From Octopus vulgaris (Eukaryota), in NCBI GenBank assembly GCA_951406725.2, contig OX597822.1, forward strand, positions 27,032,001-27,096,000: a stretch of 64,000 bases of DNA. The letters are read 5' to 3'. A program made the translations under genes and the position numbers. The stretch's first letter is position 1. Each line of letters opens with the position of its first letter. Positions 42,532-56,123 of the stretch are shown here, in pieces. Under the pieces are notes generated by a model, which was not told where the DNA came from, searched no databases, and was given only the letters and a program-made list of their open reading frames with translations.

Positions 42532-43001
42532 ATATTATATATGTGTGTGTATGTGTATACATATGTAAGAAACAAAATAAGGAAATAAGAAATTATTTCA
42601 GGAACTTCATTAGCCTACAGCTAATGCATGTATGCATGTATGTATGTATGTATGTATGTATGTATGTATGTATGTATGTATGTATGTATGTATGCCTGTG
42701 TCACTCCTAGTGCGTGTTACCAACACGCAATTTAGTACAGTTAGACATATGATCCTGCAGTCGGCGATTTTTTTGACAACTCTAAGTCGGTTTAATAATG
42801 AGGATCGTTTTCGTTAGACACCCTGCAGGACGAAAGACAAAACCTATAAAACGGCTACCCCACAGCTAAGAGTGAGAGACCAATAGTATTTGTTTAGACA
42901 CCATCCAACTGGAAGGGAAACTGATGTAACACCTGCGGCTTTGTCTGCTTCCAATGATGTAGATTAGGTTTCTTTTGAGCAAATGCATGCGTTGTTCAGA
43001 G

Positions 43002-43318
43002 CAGCAATTCTCAACAATTCTTTACCTATGGATCCCTTTCATTATTACTTTATTCTGGTGGATCCCATAACCATTCGACGTTTAAAAACTAGTTTTATAG
43101 ATAATTCTTTCAAAATTGCTATTTTGTTTTTCACACATTTACTTGTGTAGGTTGAACATTTTCTGTTTCTTGCTATGAATACATCTAAAACAAACATTTT
43201 TTAATGGACTTTTAATTTACTACTGTGGGCCCTCAATTTACTATTTTTGGCTCTGTGGATCCCCCAAAATCTTATATGGATCCCTAAGGGTCGTATGAAC
43301 CCTGGTCGAGAACTACTC
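43002..43318. mobile_element. hAT (Charlie-like) MITE, diverged
   Basis: TIR CAGCAATTCTCAAC / GTCGAGAACTACT; subterminal ATGGA(T/C)CCC repeats; imperfect GTT(C)AGAG flanks. Confidence 0.65.
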
Positions 43319-43439
43319 TGTTAGAGAGGGTGATTGGCTCAGTACAAGACCTTTCCTCACATTAATACGCTTCATGCATAAGCATCGCTTGGTTTTTAAC
43401 ATCGCTATTAACATCTCTGTTATGTGTTGCCTACTATGG

Positions 43440-43640
43440 TTAAAAAAAGTAAAACATACAGTGAAAAATTCCATGATGGATTAGAGCAAGTGCCAGTTTG
43501 GTAATCTCTCTGACACCTGCTGCAAGAAGCACTTATCTTTGTCGCATTTGTGCAAAAGAGTGTAGATCTCTAGCAAGACTGAAAAGCCACACCCGTGCTG
43601 CTCATGTTTAAGAGAATAATCAAGCGATGATGTTTGCCTC
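43440..43640 (+). mobile_element. RTE-type LINE 3' end with terminal C2H2 finger
   Basis: 43492-43611 reads ASLVISLTPAARSTYLCRICAKECRSLARLKSHTRAAHV*. Confidence 0.6.
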
Positions 43641-45169
43641 AAACTGAGCTGCAGCCATCATATAGAGGTTGCACGGACTAAAATGTTCGGATCATGCGAC
43701 ATAAATTGTTGAAAAAAAAGCTGCTTTAACGGATATGCCAATGAACTGTCTAAATTATTTTATCGGTCACTTTCAAAACAAAATTCAAGGACGATAATAA
43801 TTAAACATAATGACATTTTCAAAATATGCATTATTAACCAAGATATACACAAACATTTTTCCACTGACATTTAAACAAAACTACCATGCAACATCAAAGA
43901 TCTAGCTGACAAAATAATCAAACATCTTGTGTTGAAAATATTTCTTAAAAGAACTATCAATTTATTTTTAACCCTCATAACCCCAGCTACCCAAATTTCC
44001 TGTACAATATCCCTGAATAATACTTGCACAACCTATCTTGATGAGTAGAAGCAAAACTTAAGTTTTTAAATTTAAACATGTTGCTGAAATATTTTTGTTT
44101 TTGTTTTTGCTCGGCAAAGTTCTTTATAATGACATGTCACAGTTTACATAACATCTAGCTGTAGGTGCGATGGCGTCTTTATGGCGGCGCTTGACCTGGC
44201 AGAATTTTATAGCCCAACATTCATAAAATCCCACCCTACTTTCTTTAAAACAAAAACGAAGGACACATTGAATAATGTAATGTAGCGATAACATAAATGA
44301 TACAGTCTTCCTGAGACAGGAGAAACTCCAATGAGAGCCAATCACGGAACTCCACAGATTCAAGATTACTCTGACCACTAAAGGTACGAGCTCTCTCTCT
44401 CTCTCTCCCCCTCTCTCTTTTGCTTTCCAATCTACAAGTGCATACTTAGAGTAGAACCATTCACTCTAACAAATTTTTCCATAGATATTAGAAGCATTCT
44501 TAAGAAGTTATAGAAATAAATTTGTTGAAAAGATTTTTAACCGAAGAGAATGCTAAATCATTATATTTCTGTTGAAGGATATCTAATCAACGGCCTTATA
44601 AGCATTTACATGTTCGTTTCACTTATTCGGAATATCCAAGTTTACTTTTATATATCCCAGATTGTTTCGGTTTCATTATCAATCCCGCTGATAATAAGAG
44701 CTTAAAATCAAAGATCGCCTCACGACACATATACCGCGATGAACCAGTTCATTAAGCTACAAACTCATAATACCAAAGGTCAAGGGTCAAAACGGTGTGT
44801 TCACGCCACAGACACACCAACCCCTTCATCACCCAACCATGGATACTACAAGAAAGTTTAATAGCCGTGGGGTAGGTTTTATTGTCTGAACGCTCTCTCT
44901 GAAATGTGTAGTCTTCTGTGTAAATTAAAAGTCATTGTTACAGCGTTAGAGCACTGAAATGAGTGGCTCTGTGATCAAAAAGAGTTCCAACCGTGACCTT
45001 TTCGTCATTTTATATATCAGGGAGTATACTGTCTAATTTGAATCGTTCTTTATATTTGACGGCAAGGAATGATTTAAAAGATATGCAGCTGCTGACTCTA
45101 GCAGATCAGGTGACAGTGTAGGATCTCGTTCTTCATTGTTATGTTGTGGGGAGAAAACGACGAGAAAAA

Positions 45170-45340
45170 TGGTGATGATGATGATGAGGAGGCTGAGAAC
45201 AAAGGTGATGGTGATTGAGATGATTGTGATGATGATGATAGCGATGTCGATGAAAACAGCGGCGACGATGACGTCGATGATGATGATGATGATGATGATG
45301 ATGAGGCTGAGAACAAAGGTGATGGTGATTGAGATGATGG

Positions 45341-45377
<37 letters not shown>

Positions 45378-45469
45378 AGCGATGTCGATGAAAACAGCGG
45401 CGACGATGACGTCGATGATGATGATGATGATGATGATGAGGCTGAGAACAAAGGTGATGGTGATTGAGA

Positions 45470-45500
<31 letters not shown>

Positions 45501-45560
45501 GATGTCGATGAAAACAGCGGCGACGATGACGTCGATGATGATGATGATGATGACGACAAC
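45170..45560. repeat. (GAT)n-rich minisatellite, three units of about 115-135 bp
   Basis: Unit GAGGCTGAGAACAAAGGTGATGGTGATTGA(GAT)nAGCGATGTCGATGAAAACAGCGGCGACGATGACGTC(GAT)n starting at 45189, 45303 and 45438. Confidence 0.95.
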
Positions 45561-45910
45561 CACAACGATGCCGAGAATAGTGTTGCTGCTACTGCTATGG
45601 TTGACTATAACGACGATGGTATAAAAGTGGTGGTGGTGGTAGCATTTATAATTGTGGTGGTCGTCGTAGAGTTGCTGTTGATGATGAACCTGATGATGAT
45701 GATGATGATGGTGATGAAGGTAGTGGTGTGGTGGGAGTGGCAATGATGATGTTGATAAGGAGGATGAAGCGCACTTATGAATGTCCTGTTTCTAGAAAAA
45801 AAAAAAACAGTAATTAAAATAATGGAAAAAAATCTTTTTTAGGAAATAAAATAATTTAACTTAGATTTGTTTCATTTTATTTTTTCTCCTGATATTATTA
45901 CATACATACA

Positions 45911-45975
<65 letters not shown>

Positions 45976-46148
45976 CAAAATGAAGATTTTCTCAAGTAAA
46001 ACTAAATCACTTTACCTCATATTTTTTGCAGGAAAAAAGACGAATAAAACAAACGAGAAAATTATGAATTATTTATTTATATCACCTTTATATATATTTA
46101 TATATATATTATAAATATATACATATACATATATATACACACATGTAT

Positions 46149-46182
<34 letters not shown>

Positions 46183-46479
46183 TTGTATATGGAAGTTATG
46201 AAATTTCAATTTGTTTTTAAAATTCGTTTCACTCGAGTTTGTACAGAAAGTAATTCTAGTGGTATTAAATTTCTGTTTACATAATAAACACCAGGAATTA
46301 ATTATACCGGTTTTACTTGGTAACGTCATGCTTATATGAAAATGTTAGTTATACAAGTGGAAAAAGCGCAAGCGAGAGATACAGACAGTCACACAGATAG
46401 CTAGATAGATAGACAGAGAGAGGGAGAGAGTGGGAGAGAAATAGACGCATAGATTAAACATTTATATAGATTGATAGAG

Positions 46480-46521
<42 letters not shown>

Positions 46522-47021
46522 TGACAGATGGTTAAAGAAGACAGATACATAGACAGACAGATAGCTAAATAGGTAGATAGAAAAGCAAAAAGGCAAATGG
46601 ATAGACAGATAGGCATGTTTACATGTGTGTGCTTTAGAAAGGAAGAAAGAGAGAAAGAGAGACAAAGAGAAAGAGTGAGAAAGAGAGAGAGTCGGAGGAA
46701 GACGATATTATAGCAGAGTGTGACAGACAAAAGATGGAATGTTAGAGAGAAAGATCGATGATTATACAGATACAAACACACATATATGCACACACACAAC
46801 CCAACCCAATCGCAAAATTAAAAATTCCCACAGGCACATGCGCATACACGCATAGACACATACATACATGAAAAAAAGAGACTCGTCAGGATATGTGTGG
46901 ACAGAGCTGTTCAGTCTGAGCTTAGCTCAAATCAAGCAGATCTATGGTCAAAGCCGTTCGAACCATGCCTACCCACTTCTCGGAGAAAAAAAAATTAAGA
47001 ATGAATGGTTGGTGTCATCTA

Positions 47022-47126
<105 letters not shown>

Positions 47127-47154
47127 AGTGTGTGTGTGTGTGTGTTTTGTGTGT

Positions 47155-47497
47155 ATTCTTTTACTTCTTTCAGTCATTTGACTGCGGCCATGCTGAAGCA
47201 CTGCCTTGAGTCGAACAATTCTGCCTCAGGACTTATTCTTTGTTCGCCAAGTACTTATTATATTGTTCTCTTTTTGCCGAACCACTAAGTTACGGGGGCG
47301 TAAACACCAACATCGGCTGTCAAGCTATGGTGGGAAAACAAACACATACACACACATACACACACACACACACATCTGTACAACGGGCTCCTTTGAGTTT
47401 CCGTCTACCAAATCCACAAGGCTTTGGTCGGCCCAAGGTTACAGTTGAAGACACTTGCCCAAGGTGCCACACAGTGGGACTGACCCCAGAACCATGT
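47155..47497 (-). mobile_element. SINE family C
   Basis: Colinear with the other family C copies. Confidence 0.8.
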
Positions 47498-47618
47498 GTA
47501 TTGTATGTATATGTCTATATCTATATATATAGTTTACTGTCCGTTAAAAAAAGATCAACAAAAAGTACTCCATCCGGTGAGAGATAAATATCATTTAATG
47601 TACACACTATAAAAATAT

Positions 47619-47704
47619 GAGCTACTAATAGTTTCTTGCTGTGAAGACACGTGGCTAGGCAGATTTTATAACATGCCTTGTGTTTGCAAGCAATCTTCAG
47701 GCCC
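47619..47704 (-). ncRNA. Type I hammerhead ribozyme motif with extended stem II
   Basis: rc: GGGC-CTGAAGA-TTGC...GCAA-GAAA-CTAtTAG-TA-GCTC; canonical core, all three stems pair. Confidence 0.85.
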
Positions 47705-48596
47705 TGAGGACATGCTCTGTTCTATTTGAAAATCAGAACGTTGGTCCATGCAAAGTCACCAGAAAGGAAAGAGAAGGAGGTTGATGCAAAAATTGGAAGG
47801 CTGAATGAAAACAGGAAAAGAAAAGAAAAGAGAGAAAGGGTTACTTTGAACATAAAACCTTAATTAAACAATCTGTAGAATAATTCAATGGAGAAAGATT
47901 CAAAGTCTGCAAGACAGCTTCTCAATTTGGAGAAGGTATTGTTTGGATAAGGCACTGTTTTATTTTTCGGGACAGTTAATGAGCTACCCACGTTCCTTGT
48001 GTATGTGTATATATAAATATGAATATAAATAAATTTATATATATATATATATATTAAAGTACAAGTGAGGATATATAGACCTCAGAGGGATAGAAATGTC
48101 TAAGATTAGACTGGTTGAATAACTAATAATATAGGCACACACTAATATACTATTATTATAAAAACCAAGAGAGAAGATTAATACATTCACAAGACCTACA
48201 ATTGTTTCAGTTCGTCGTTTATAGTATAAAATCAATCAAATTTAATTTAATTAAATCAATTTGGTTATAATATATAAGCCACGTGTCTTCACAGCAAGAA
48301 ACTATTAGTAGCTCATATCTTTATAGTGTGTACATTAAATGATATTTATCTCTCACCGGATGGAGTACTTTTTGTTGATCTTTTTTTAACGGTCAGTAAA
48401 TTTATAAGCCAAAATATCACCAGGGAATCACGTACAAAGAAATATACATATATATATATATATATAAATATAAATATATATATATGATATAAATAATATA
48501 TATATGCATATATACATATATATCCATATATAAGTGTGCATGCATTGTATATATATATATATTATATATCTGCGTGACTGAGTATATGTCTGGACC

Positions 48597-48698
<102 letters not shown>

Positions 48699-48856
48699 CA
48701 AATATATAAGGAATGGCCATAATAGGACATTCAACTCACTAGAAAGAGCAGCCAAACTCCAAACCACTAATAGTTGTAATTCTGAAATGGAAAGAAATAA
48801 AAACGTTTACCATTTCCCTCTCCAAATTTATTGATATATATATATATATATATATA

Positions 48857-49343
48857 GTCAGAAATACTAAATTTCTAAATCTCTCGTAGAGACATGTACG
48901 GTGGTGGGGCGATAGAATGGTTGTATACTGTCAATCTAACACGAACGTGACAGTAGGGGGTACACCACCGCTGTTTAGCCCTAGGAAGCATCGACGCCTC
49001 CTGATGGCTTTGACACATTTTTCCTGTGTCCTTATATACATTTACGAAGGGGAGACAAACACCCCCCCAGCCGCTCGGGGCTGCATCCAGGGACCCGTGT
49101 TTCAGGATGATTGTCCTTCGTCGGCCTAGAGTAGCAGACACCGGTCAGCTGACGATATCTGTCTCGACTCGCAATGTATATATCTAAATTTCAGTGAAGT
49201 CTATTCACTGATTATCAAAATCAAGACACAGGAAAAACGTGTCAAAGCCATCAGGAGGCGTCGATGCTTCCTAGGGCTAAACAGCGGTAGTGTACCCCTT
49301 ACTGTCACGTTTGTGTTAGATTGACAGTATACAACCATTCTAT
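48857..49343 (-). mobile_element. Fold-back Penelope-like pLTR remnant in (TA)n
   Basis: About 119-bp inverted arms 48912-49030 / 49225-49343 with four transitions; hammerhead in the spacer; tail to 48857. Confidence 0.8.
49086..49130 (-). ncRNA. Type I hammerhead ribozyme motif, CCGACGA core variant
   Basis: rc: TCTAGG-CCGACGA-AGGA caatca TCCT-GAAA-CACGGG-TC-CCTGGA; 6-bp stem I, GUC triplet. Confidence 0.75.
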
Positions 49344-49363
49344 ATATATATATATATATATAT

Positions 49364-49574
49364 AATAATATGTTACATTACTCAATAGTAAAGAACTCTG
49401 AGTTTCAGATTTCGAAGTGGAAATCCACAACACCATCTCTTCGGTTATCTGGCATCTCAAACTCAGAGTTTTATCTTGACTATTGAGTAATGTAACATAT
49501 TATTTTATAGATAAATTTCCTCTATTTACATAATATTGAGGTCTCTTTCTTTCTTTTGTTATCTTACCGTTTTT

Positions 49575-49579
<5 letters not shown>
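49364..49579 (+). mobile_element. Fold-back element centred on a degenerate hammerhead
   Basis: Inverted arms 49364-49410 / 49453-49504. - arm: ATAA-CCGAAGA-GATG...-GAAA-CTCAGAG-TT. + arm: CATCT-CAAA-CTCAGAG-TT-TTAT. The tail end recurs inverted at 41971-41996. Confidence 0.7.
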
Positions 49580-49620
<41 letters not shown>

Positions 49621-50243
49621 TTCTGTCCATGGAACTCAAGTTCACTACGATTATTAAGCATTATTAAAGTAGAGGCCACATCTCTAGAGTGTTGATCAAA
49701 GATTTGATTGTTGTATATCTCGCCACTCGTACTGCCGTAGATAGCACGACACAATATATCTCAATAACCCAGTTCATTTAGCCAGGACTACGCACGAAGA
49801 TAAGGCACGCTATTGACTTTTACTCGGCGGCGATATCTATGAATAAAAGATGTAACTATAGTTAGCTTCCGACGCGGGGCTGATGTTCTGTTCAGAGTGA
49901 GGCCTTGGCATCAATGTGAAGAACAAGCACAGAAGCACACTGAAGTACGCACACACACACACACTCACACACACACACACACTCACACACATACACACAC
50001 ACACACGCACACAGAGTCACAGACAGACACATAGAGTCATATAGATAAATATCGGTGTGCACAAATATATGCGTATTCACGTGTGTGTATGCATACACAC
50101 ACGTATATATACATATATATATATATGCATATATACATACATATAAATATATATATATGTAAACACATACACATTCGTACATATACATATACACATTACA
50201 TATGTATATGTATATATATATATATGCACACACACACACACAT

Positions 50244-50285
<42 letters not shown>

Positions 50286-50293
<8 letters not shown>

Positions 50294-50595
50294 AGTGAAT
50301 GGAAGAAATGGAGTTGAACGAAGATTGTACAGAATTCCTTTTATTACATTCTACACATGTTTCAAAGGCCACAAATATGTGTAGAATGTAATAAAAGGAA
50401 TTCTGTACAATCTTCGTTCAACTCCATTTCTTCCATTCACTAATAATATTAAACTTCAATTATCCGCACCAACGCACGGTTGCAACACCAAATGGTCTTA
50501 TCTCCAACCGTGCTTTTTTCTGCTGTGATTTTTGCTACCCAGGTATCGGTTAAACTTTTGAATAATCTGTAACAAGAAAATTCATCTTTCTATTT

Positions 50596-50602
<7 letters not shown>
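50286..50602 (+). mobile_element. Fold-back element in (TA)n with hammerhead 3' half at the apex
   Basis: Perfect about 73-bp arms 50286-50358 / 50377-50449; the - arm reads GAAA-CATGTG-TA-GAATG; unique tail to 50602. Confidence 0.75.
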
Positions 50603-50656
<54 letters not shown>

Positions 50657-50689
50657 TATATACATATATATATTTTATTTAAATATTAT

Positions 50690-51130
50690 TTTTTAGGGAA
50701 TAAAAATTCCTGCATACGAGAGGTACAAATTATTCCCAAGGAAGAAATATATACATCTCACCAAATAAAAAGAATTTTTATTTTTATTTTAAATACCTAC
50801 TGTTTTATTACTTGGAAACACGTGTTTCATGAGGTACATCCTCGGGCTCCTAACACACCCCGTGTTTCCCTGGAACCCCTCTCAAAATGCCACCCCAATT
50901 ATCAGGCCCTTATATAATTTCATCAACGTTCAATACAATAAATTATATTTTACTTTTTTAAAACCCTTAAGTATGTGTAAAATATGTATGTTTAATGAAG
51001 AGTGGCTTAGGAACCCGTGGATGTACCTCATGAAACACGTGTTTCCAAGTAATAAAACAGTAGGTATTTAAAATAAAAATAAAAATTATTTTTATTTGGG
51101 GAGATGTAGGGGTCTACTATCTCTAAACTA
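50690..51130. mobile_element. Fold-back element in microsatellite
   Basis: About 100-bp inverted arms 50752-50853 / 51007-51108, each with GAAA-CACGTG-TT. Confidence 0.7.
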
Positions 51131-51398
51131 AAATATATACTTATATATACACACACACACACACATATATACACACACACACACACACATATATACACAC
51201 ACACACATATATATATACACACACACATATATATACACACACACAGACACACATATATACACACACACACATATACACACACACACATATATACACACAC
51301 ACACATATACACACACACACATATATATATACACACACATACATACATATATATATATATACACACACACACACATATACACACACACATATATATAT

Positions 51399-51506
<108 letters not shown>

Positions 51507-51542
51507 GGTCTTTGTTGGTCGAAATTATTCATACCAATGTGG

Positions 51543-51635
51543 AATTCCTGATGAGGAATCTAATTTTTTATTTCAAGAAGAGCTTTTCGTTTTTGTTTTT
51601 GGAATTAATTGAACTGCGAAACAATATGTAGAATT
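51543..51635 (+). ncRNA. Type I hammerhead ribozyme motif with long, imperfect stem II
   Basis: AATTC-CTGATGA-G...C-GAAA-CAataTG-TA-GAATT, in an about 210-bp insert between microsatellites. Confidence 0.7.
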
Positions 51636-51736
51636 TTTACTGGATCTGTACCAGCCTGGATTATGAATTAAAAATCGTCTACACCTACAATTTTTTCCTT
51701 TCCTTATACTTCATACACGCGCGCACACACACACAG

Positions 51737-51791
<55 letters not shown>

Positions 51792-52017
51792 GTGTGTGTG
51801 TGTGTGTGTGTGTAATTTCAGCAAAATTTAGATTCAGATGAGTATGGTACTTAAGTTAAAGGCACCAGAATTTGGTATGGTATTATCCATATAAATCAAA
51901 TGGGGTGATTATAATCAAAATAAGCAACACTGATATCCAATGTAGTGTAGTACAATCGTTTCATGCTACTTCATTTTATTAAACACTGTAAGTATTACAT
52001 CAGTTTTAAAATGACGA

Positions 52018-52063
<46 letters not shown>

Positions 52064-53159
52064 ACCCACACACACGCACACACATACACACATATACAGA
52101 TGTACGCCGATATGTATGCCGATATAAATACATTTAGATTCATAAATACATGTACACACATTCACACGTACAGAGTTAATTATACTAATTATGTACAGCG
52201 AAGAATGTAGTAAAACCGTTCTCTATATATAAGAATATAAAAATCTCTGGTTGACAGGATAGGTAGGTAGGACTAAATTACACTGACGCGGTTATAGAGA
52301 CACGGAAACATTCATAGATGTGCCGTACGTGCAAACAAAGATCAGGTTGTTCCGTTCGTTGCAAGCAAAGCAAAGTAAAGCTTGATCAAATTCTGGAATT
52401 TACCTCCTTTCTCCTTCAAAGTCGCTATCACTTACTGCAAGTGGTTCCTTTTCTGACTGCAATTCAGAAATTTCAATATATTAAGAACAATTTTAAAAGC
52501 TGCACTGACTGAGGACTTCTAAGCTAGCTCCTGCGGAGGGCTGATTGGGCTTGCAGCCCCAAACTAATGAGAGCTAAATAGCATGACTATAATACGTCTA
52601 TAATGACTATATGCCCAGGTGGTGTTTGATCAGAGGTTAAGGACGGACGAGAGTTAATTCTGTAATGCAATCATTCTATTGTTCCAGTCCTCAATTGAAT
52701 TCAAATTGTTGGCCAATTTGTCCCAAAGTTCTTATCTCGGCGTAAAGTTAACGAAGTGAATGTCATTTATCTCCTCTTTGATCTCTGACATCATCTGTCA
52801 AATGCCAACAAAATGGCGTGAATCAGCCAAGCTTTACTTACTAGAAATGGCAACCCAAATGCTTTTAAATCAGATTCCAATGTTGGATGTTCAAGAACCA
52901 AATGAATGGCAGATTTTTAATCACTAGATCATCCTCATTCCGAATATGTATAATATGTCTATTTAGAGCGAATGTAGACTAAGATACAGGGGTCTCAGAC
53001 GGATAGACAAAATTTCGCTTTTATTAATATAAAAGTGTCGTGTACGGCAGTCGTTAAATTCATTTAATGTAAGTATCAAAATCTATACCCCTGGGGTACT
53101 TTGAGACAAATCACTTTTAGATTTAAATTAGGAAAAATACTCCTTATGAAGCGAGGTAG

Positions 53160-53545
53160 GACTTTCTACAATAGGCACGAGTCCTGAAATATGAGAGGAG
53201 GGAACTAGTCGATTACATCTATTTCAGTGCTCCACTGGTACTTAATTTATCGACCCCGAAAGGATGAAAAGTAAAGTCGACTTCGACCGAATTTGCACCC
53301 AAAACGTAGCAACAGGCGAAATACCTATTTCTTTACTACACACAAGGGGCTAAACACAGAGGGGACAAACAAGGACAGACAAACGGATTAAGTCGATTAT
53401 ATCGACCCTAGTGCGTAACTGGTACTTATTTAATCGACCCCGAAAAGATGAAAGGCAAAGTCAACCTCGGCGGAATTTGAACTCAGAACATAGCGACAGA
53501 CGATATACTGCTAAGCATTTCACCCAGCGTGCTAACGATTGTGCC
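53160..53545 (-). mobile_element. SINE family N, dimeric body
   Basis: Two rc central blocks joined at AAATACCTATTTCTT. Confidence 0.85.
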
Positions 53546-54194
53546 CTAGAGACTAAATTATGTCGATCAATAAAGAAACAAAGCCTTACGTCCATAGTTG
53601 TTCACTCTCTGTAAGCAAAGAAATGATTTTAGTTTTTCTAGCATGAAAATCAAGTCGACAATTTCTTAATTTCTTCAAATTATTTACTATTACCATCGTC
53701 AAAAGTTGCTCGTGAGTTTGTTTTCTGAATGTAACCCCAAGAAAAATATTAATGAATTATGAACACATTTTGTACAACGTCCAGTAACAACCTTAATACT
53801 AATTAAACATAACATAATTCATGCTACTAACTTTCAGTTATTTTTCTTCACCTCTGTTAATACACACACGCACACACAGACACATGTATATAACCATACA
53901 TACGTATATGAATTAATAAACTTTTGTTTTGTCTTGCAGATCTGTATATGTGCGTGTGTGTATAGATATATATCTATACACATTATTGCATATATATATA
54001 TATATATATACATTATTGCATATATATATATATGCATATATATATGTGTGTGTGTGGAAATGTGCATGAATTAAGAAACGGCGGCGATCGAAATTTTGCA
54101 AATAGAATTATAAACCTCCATCGTATCATCACTAGAGGAAATAGTCTCATATTAGGGCGTATAAACTCCCGTAACATGGGCACCCTCGCTTAAT

Positions 54195-54645
54195 ATGTTG
54201 CTGGAACAGAACTCTGTCTGGCAACAGGTCTCTGCACCATGCCACACAAGCAGAACTTAGTCATGGCTGTCAGAAAATTTCTACGACCACATCACCCCTA
54301 ACATCAGGCCACCTAACGCTTCAGACTGCAACCCCCTTGATTATTATGCGTGGGGTACAGTTGAGCGAGAGACCCGCAAAACTCCTTGTAACAGCAAAGA
54401 TGAACTTAAGGCAAGGATTATGGCAGTATTCATCTACGTAAGCAAGGCGATCGTCCTGAAGAGTTGCAGGAGATTCCGAAGTCGTCTGGAGGTCGTGGTG
54501 AAAGAACTAATGTTGAGTTTATTGAATAAATCTATTGTTTAATATTTCAAGATACTTTTATGCAACTTTCGTAAATATATCTGTTAAAATGGGATGTCAG
54601 TGTTATTTTCATTTTTGCGTAATTTAGACAATTTACTCACCGCAG
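54195..54645 (+). mobile_element. Tc1-like transposon 3' fragment
   Basis: VWQQVSAPCHTS, PNIRPPNASDCNPLDYYAWG, DELKARIMA; same family as 4870-5040. Confidence 0.85.
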
Positions 54646-54647
54646 CT

Positions 54648-54693
<46 letters not shown>

Positions 54694-55996
54694 TGGTGTG
54701 CTGAGTTGGGTTTGTGCAGAGTTGAGGTTTGAGTGGGAACACATTTGAAAGTGTTGATATCTGGACGGTTTCGTAGTATTATGATTGTTTACGAAATATG
54801 CGGTGTAATTTTTAATTATGCATCTTATGCAAATAACGTACATCATCTTTACATTGGTTATGGTAAATCTGTGTATTGAGTTTATACCCTTCTTATAAAT
54901 TTTATCGGAATATTTTCCAACCTTTGCCTTTCATTAACCCTTAAGTTTTTCTACCCTTTTAGGCCCCTCTTTTTTGTATATTACGAATTACCCTTCCGAC
55001 CCTTTCGTTGTATTAACATTTAATATTATCCTAATTTTATGATTCTTAAGACTATTTTAGTTAACAGTATGTATGTGTATGTATATATATACATATATGT
55101 GTGCGTGGCTGCTTTTGGGTATATGTATTTGGATATATGGATATATACGTGAGTAGTTATTATGTAAGCATGTATGTGTGTATGTAAGCTTGTATTTTCT
55201 GTATTTTGGTTTATCCATGTATATATGTGTAAGCGCACATATACGTGTGTATGTATGTAAGTATTTCTTAATAAACCAACCGTAACGAAGACAATTGAAA
55301 CTCAAATGTGCCACCAATCGTATTGAGCTTTCAATCATAAACTATTTCTAAACTTACTACTTAATATATATCACCGTCAAAAACTCTGACTAGTATGCGT
55401 TTATATGCATGTACACTTCTGGATTTTGCTATGATGTAAATCGATATTTTTCCTTTTATATGTATTTGATGATCTATAATGTTTTGCATTGTTCTGTATC
55501 ATTATTGTTGTTATTATTATTATGTTGCTATTTCACTATATTATGCTGTTGATGTATTCTACCTGATTTTTTCCACATAATATGTACTGTGAACCGCGTG
55601 TTGCACATATTGTTTTACTGGTATTATTATTATTATTATTAATAATAATAATAATATTAATAACAATAGTGGTAACGGTAATAATAATGATAGTAATATT
55701 AATGGCAATTTGTAACTTAATATAATGAACTCTTGACTTTGTGTATGTACATTTGCATATAGATATGTGTATGTTTGTATATTGTAATATTCTAATATAT
55801 TGATTTGACTAACTGTAACCTTGAATATAGAATATATGTATGTATATTCTTATATATTATTATGTATATGTGTGTATGTATATAGGAGCATGGGTACATG
55901 CACTCATATGTATGTGTATATTATATATTATGGGTATGTACCCACTCTTGTATGGGTGTACCTCCTCTGATATTCATATTTAGATTGTACTTTATA

Positions 55997-56123
55997 ATCT
56001 CTGAAGAGGCCTTGGGATATTTTTGTAAGTGTCTCATTTATAACCACATATTAACTCATCACACCTGGCTAATATAAGCACAATGAGATACCCATATCTA
56101 TATGGCTGAAATAGCTGTAAGAT
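55997..56123 (+). ncRNA. Type I hammerhead ribozyme motif with about 100-nt stem II domain
   Basis: ATCT-CTGAAGA-GGCC...GGCT-GAAA-TAGCTG-TA-AGAT; the 3' half recurs at 24952-24970 as GGCT-GAAA-CAGCTG-TA-AGA. Confidence 0.75.

Noticed and set aside
43492-43611. C2H2 zinc finger as a host gene exon
   Set aside because: A single finger directly before a stop with no linker array; typical of RTE LINE C-termini.
45033-45743. 236-aa, 155-aa and 162-aa low-complexity ORFs
   Set aside because: Products of the (GAT)n minisatellite.
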